Source: a virus
Taxonomy: Duplodnaviria > Caudoviricetes
Strand: one strand, 5' to 3'
IMG/VR virus record: IMGVR_UViG_3300020045_010222
Location: 1 to 48,415 of that record
Length of the DNA: 48,415 nt
Positions within the stretch are counted from its first letter, which is position 1, and the number at the start of each line of letters is the position of its first letter. Below the pieces are notes generated by a model, which had not been told where the DNA came from, did not search any database, and saw only the letters and a program-made list of their open reading frames with translations. Positions 46,014-48,415 of the stretch are shown here, piece by piece. The position numbers and the translations under genes were made by a program.

Positions 46014-46345
46014 AAATAGTCTATATCTGTCATAAAATTGGCGGTGATGTTGAAAATAACATCAAAAAAGTAATTGCCATATGCAGGGAAATCAATTTAA
46101 CCGAACCAAACATTATTCCATTCGTTCCGTATTTATCAGATTTATACGCTTTAAACGATGAAATACCTGCAGAACGTGAAAGAGGTTTAAGTAATGGTTT
46201 ATTTATGCTTAAAAAGGGTTTTATTGATGAAATTTGGCTGTATGGCGATAGAATTTCAAATGGAATGCGAGCAGAAATAAATGTTTGTTTGGAAGTTGGA
46301 ATAAAAGTTAGTTGTAAAACTATTGAAACACAAAAAGAATTATGA
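46010..46345 (+). CDS. DUF4406 / nucleoside deoxyribosyltransferase-like protein
   Basis: VYICH.I.GD...N...DEIWLYG..IS.GM..E. Confidence 0.75.
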   Translation: MKIVYICHKIGGDVENNIKKVIAICREINLTEPNIIPFVPYLSDLYALNDEIPAERERGLSNGLFMLKKGFIDEIWLYGDRISNGMRAEINVCLEVGIKVSCKTIETQKEL

Positions 46346-47274
46346 GTTTGGGTATTCCTTACATGGGCAGTAAAAGAAAAATTGCACCGGAAATATTAAA
46401 AATAATTACATCAAGACATTCGAATATTTCAGATTTTTATGATTTATTTGGTGGCGGCGGTTCTGTTTCTTTTAATGCGGTTAAAGATTATCGTTTTAAT
46501 GTTCATTATAACGAACTAAATAGCCATATTTATCATTTGGTTAATTATTTAAGAGATAATAAGCATTTAGATCCTAAATTTTTTGAATGGGTAACTCGAG
46601 AAGTTTTTAATGAGCAAATCAATAGATTGGATGCTGATTGGTATTCTGGATTTATCATGACTTGTTGGTCATTCGGCAATAATAGTGAAAAAGGTTATAT
46701 GTATGGAAAAGATATTGAAAATATAAAAAGACTAGGGCATGAAATAGTTGTAAATCGATCTTGTAACGCTATGGATGAGTTAGGTATTTATATTCCGGAA
46801 CTTTTTAACATAAGAAGTGTAAATACAAGAAGATTAGTTTTTTGTAATTATATTAAAAAACAGAAAACAATTTTAGAAGATAATAGAGTTCAGAATTTAG
46901 AACTAGTTGAACATTTAACCCGTATTCAAAACCTTCAAAACCTTCAAAACCTTCAAAACCTTCAAAACCTTCAAACAAGTAACTTATCTTACGAAAATGT
47001 TGTTATTTCTGGTGACAATCCAATCATATATTGCGATAAGCCTTACGAATCAACCGCTAAGTATAAAGAAAATGATTTTAATCATAAACGTTTTTATGAA
47101 TGGTCAATGGATATTAATTATCCGGTTTATATATCTGAATACAATACTCCATTTGAAGCAATAGAGGGTTTTAATTTTAGGAGCAGTTTATCAGCAACCA
47201 ATAATAAAAAGAAAACTGTTGAGAAGATATTCTGGAATGGAAAAGGAGAAATTAATCAAACAAAACTGTTTTAA
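46342..47274 (+). CDS. DNA adenine methyltransferase (Dam/D12 class) 2, with QNL repeat and DKPY motif
   Basis: PYMGSK, YDLFGGGG, IYCDKPY. Confidence 0.88.
   Translation: MSLGIPYMGSKRKIAPEILKIITSRHSNISDFYDLFGGGGSVSFNAVKDYRFNVHYNELNSHIYHLVNYLRDNKHLDPKFFEWVTREVFNEQINRLDADWYSGFIMTCWSFGNNSEKGYMYGKDIENIKRLGHEIVVNRSCNAMDELGIYIPELFNIRSVNTRRLVFCNYIKKQKTILEDNRVQNLELVEHLTRIQNLQNLQNLQNLQNLQTSNLSYENVVISGDNPIIYCDKPYESTAKYKENDFNHKRFYEWSMDINYPVYISEYNTPFEAIEGFNFRSSLSATNNKKKTVEKIFWNGKGEINQTKLF
46925..46975 (+). repeat. 9-bp tandem repeat (TTCAAAACC)x5 plus a partial unit
   Basis: Read directly; in frame, encodes (QNL)n. Confidence 0.97.
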
Positions 47275-47276
47275 TC

Positions 47277-47909
47277 ATGGGAATTCCAATAAAAGAAAAG
47301 CCTTGTCGGGGTTTAGGTATTACAAAAGATTTAGGATGCGGAAAGCTAACGTTTCATAGAAAACTCGGATTAGGCCTTATGTGCGGGTGCTACTCAGATT
47401 TTTTACTCAAAACGGATGCCGGAAAACTGATTATGCAAAAAGCGATGCTAAAAGCATCAAAACCTCGTTTACAAGCAGAAAAAAGCAAAATTGAAATGCA
47501 AGAGGCTGAAAAATTCAAAAAAGATCGCGATAAACTTAATTATTTATTGGTGAACGTAAGAACAGTGTGCCATCAATATATTAGAAAACGCGATGAATTT
47601 AAACCTTGCATTTCTTGCGGAATATCTTATAACGATAATTTTCAAGCCGGGCACTTCTTTAAAGCAGAGCTTTTTTCAAACCTAAAATTCAATGAAAATA
47701 ATATTCACGGGCAGTGTAAAAAATGCAACGAATTTAATGAGGGAAACGAAAGCGGTTATCGTGTTGGGCTTATTCAGCGTTATGGAAAGGAATTTTTGTC
47801 CGAAATAAATGACCTGGCAGGAGAATCAAAGAAAAGCACCTATCATTGGGATCGTGAAGAATTAGAAGAATTAAGGAAATATTATAAAGCTAAATTAAAA
47901 ACATTATAA
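47277..47909 (+). CDS. ninG: NinG/Rap-like recombination endonuclease
   Basis: YIRKRD...CISCG...AGHF...F.E.NIHGQC..CN....GN...YR.GL..RYG. Confidence 0.9.
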   Translation: MGIPIKEKPCRGLGITKDLGCGKLTFHRKLGLGLMCGCYSDFLLKTDAGKLIMQKAMLKASKPRLQAEKSKIEMQEAEKFKKDRDKLNYLLVNVRTVCHQYIRKRDEFKPCISCGISYNDNFQAGHFFKAELFSNLKFNENNIHGQCKKCNEFNEGNESGYRVGLIQRYGKEFLSEINDLAGESKKSTYHWDREELEELRKYYKAKLKTL

Positions 47910-47911
47910 TT

Positions 47912-48415
47912 ATGTGGTCATATTACGGTTCAAAAACAACAATGATTGATTTATATCCAAAGCCAAAACATAATTTGATAATAGAACCTTTTGCCGGGGC
48001 TGCTAAATATTCAATGAGATATTTTGAAAATGATGTTTTATTAGTCGATAAATACGAAGTTATTATAAAAATATGGAAATGGCTGCAGCAATGTTCTCCC
48101 GGAGATCTTTTAAAGCTTCCACGTATCAAAACAGGTGAAAAAATAAGAGATTACAGCCTTGATTGCGAAGAGGCTTATTTATTTATGGGTTTTATTATTG
48201 CTGCCGGGGGTCAGTCACCAAGAAATACATGTTCTCCTAATTGTGAAAGATTAAGACCTGATAGAATAGACACAAGACTTAAACAACACGCTTCAGATTT
48301 ATGGAAAATAAAGCATTGGAAATTTAAAGTTGATGATTATTTAAATATTCCTAATCAAAAAGCTACATGGTTTATTGATCCTCCTTATGAATTTGGAGGT
48401 GAGGTTTATATTGAA
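47912..48415 (+). CDS. DNA adenine methyltransferase-like 3 (3' truncated by window edge; absent from ORF track)
   Basis: Hand-translated MWSYYGSK...IIEPFAGAA...WFIDPPY, open to the end of the window. Confidence 0.88.
   Translation, partial: MWSYYGSKTTMIDLYPKPKHNLIIEPFAGAAKYSMRYFENDVLLVDKYEVIIKIWKWLQQCSPGDLLKLPRIKTGEKIRDYSLDCEEAYLFMGFIIAAGGQSPRNTCSPNCERLRPDRIDTRLKQHASDLWKIKHWKFKVDDYLNIPNQKATWFIDPPYEFGGEVYIE

Larger units (their letters stand above)
1..48415 (+). mobile_element. Tailed phage genome (siphovirus-like), Bacteroidota/Flavobacteriales host; partial at both ends
   Basis: Terminase-portal-protease-capsid-tail-tape measure-lysis-replication gene order; TAnnTTTG promoters; last gene runs off the window and does not join sensibly to position 1. 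Confidence 0.95.

Noticed and set aside
46925-46975. On/off phase variation of the methyltransferase
   Set aside because: Unit length is a multiple of three, so slippage does not shift the frame
47923-48129. Minus-strand 68-aa ORF
   Set aside because: Antisense shadow of the third methyltransferase
1-48415. Circular complete genome or terminal repeats
   Set aside because: Joining the end to the start stops the last MTase after 8 codons without a plausible C-terminus; no terminal repeat seen
1-48415. Integrase/lysogeny module or alternative genetic code
   Set aside because: No tyrosine/serine recombinase or CI-like repressor recognised (could lie outside the window); long genes are intact in the standard code

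Overview
The window is most of a very AT-rich tailed (siphovirus-like) phage genome. Its promoters (TAnnTTTG), lack of Shine-Dalgarno sites and gene families point to a Bacteroidota host, probably Flavobacteriales. Order: small accessory genes and a DEDDh exonuclease; TerS and TerL; a 4.4 kb non-structural insert ending in a tRNA-like ncRNA; portal, protease, HK97-type capsid, head-tail, tail and tape measure genes; an inverted 7-gene cassette; a tailspike; a lysis cassette (membrane proteins, GH19 endolysin, spanin-like lipoprotein); then early/replication genes (DUF1351-like, RecT, HNH, MBL hydrolase, acyl carrier protein, initiator with internal iterons, GIY-YIG, ASCH, solo DnaA C-terminal domain, three Dam-like methyltransferases, NinG). 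No integrase, CRISPR array or reverse transcriptase was recognised. The most notable signals are non-coding: (1) seven intergenic 19-bp palindromes resembling the Flavobacteriales Fur box, each upstream of a promoter; (2) a second operator, TGTAT-N5-ATACA, overlapping four promoters; (3) two copies of a covarying kissing-loop leader RNA; (4) a tRNA-shaped RNA without a proper anticodon loop. All family calls are by-eye motif recognition, not database results.
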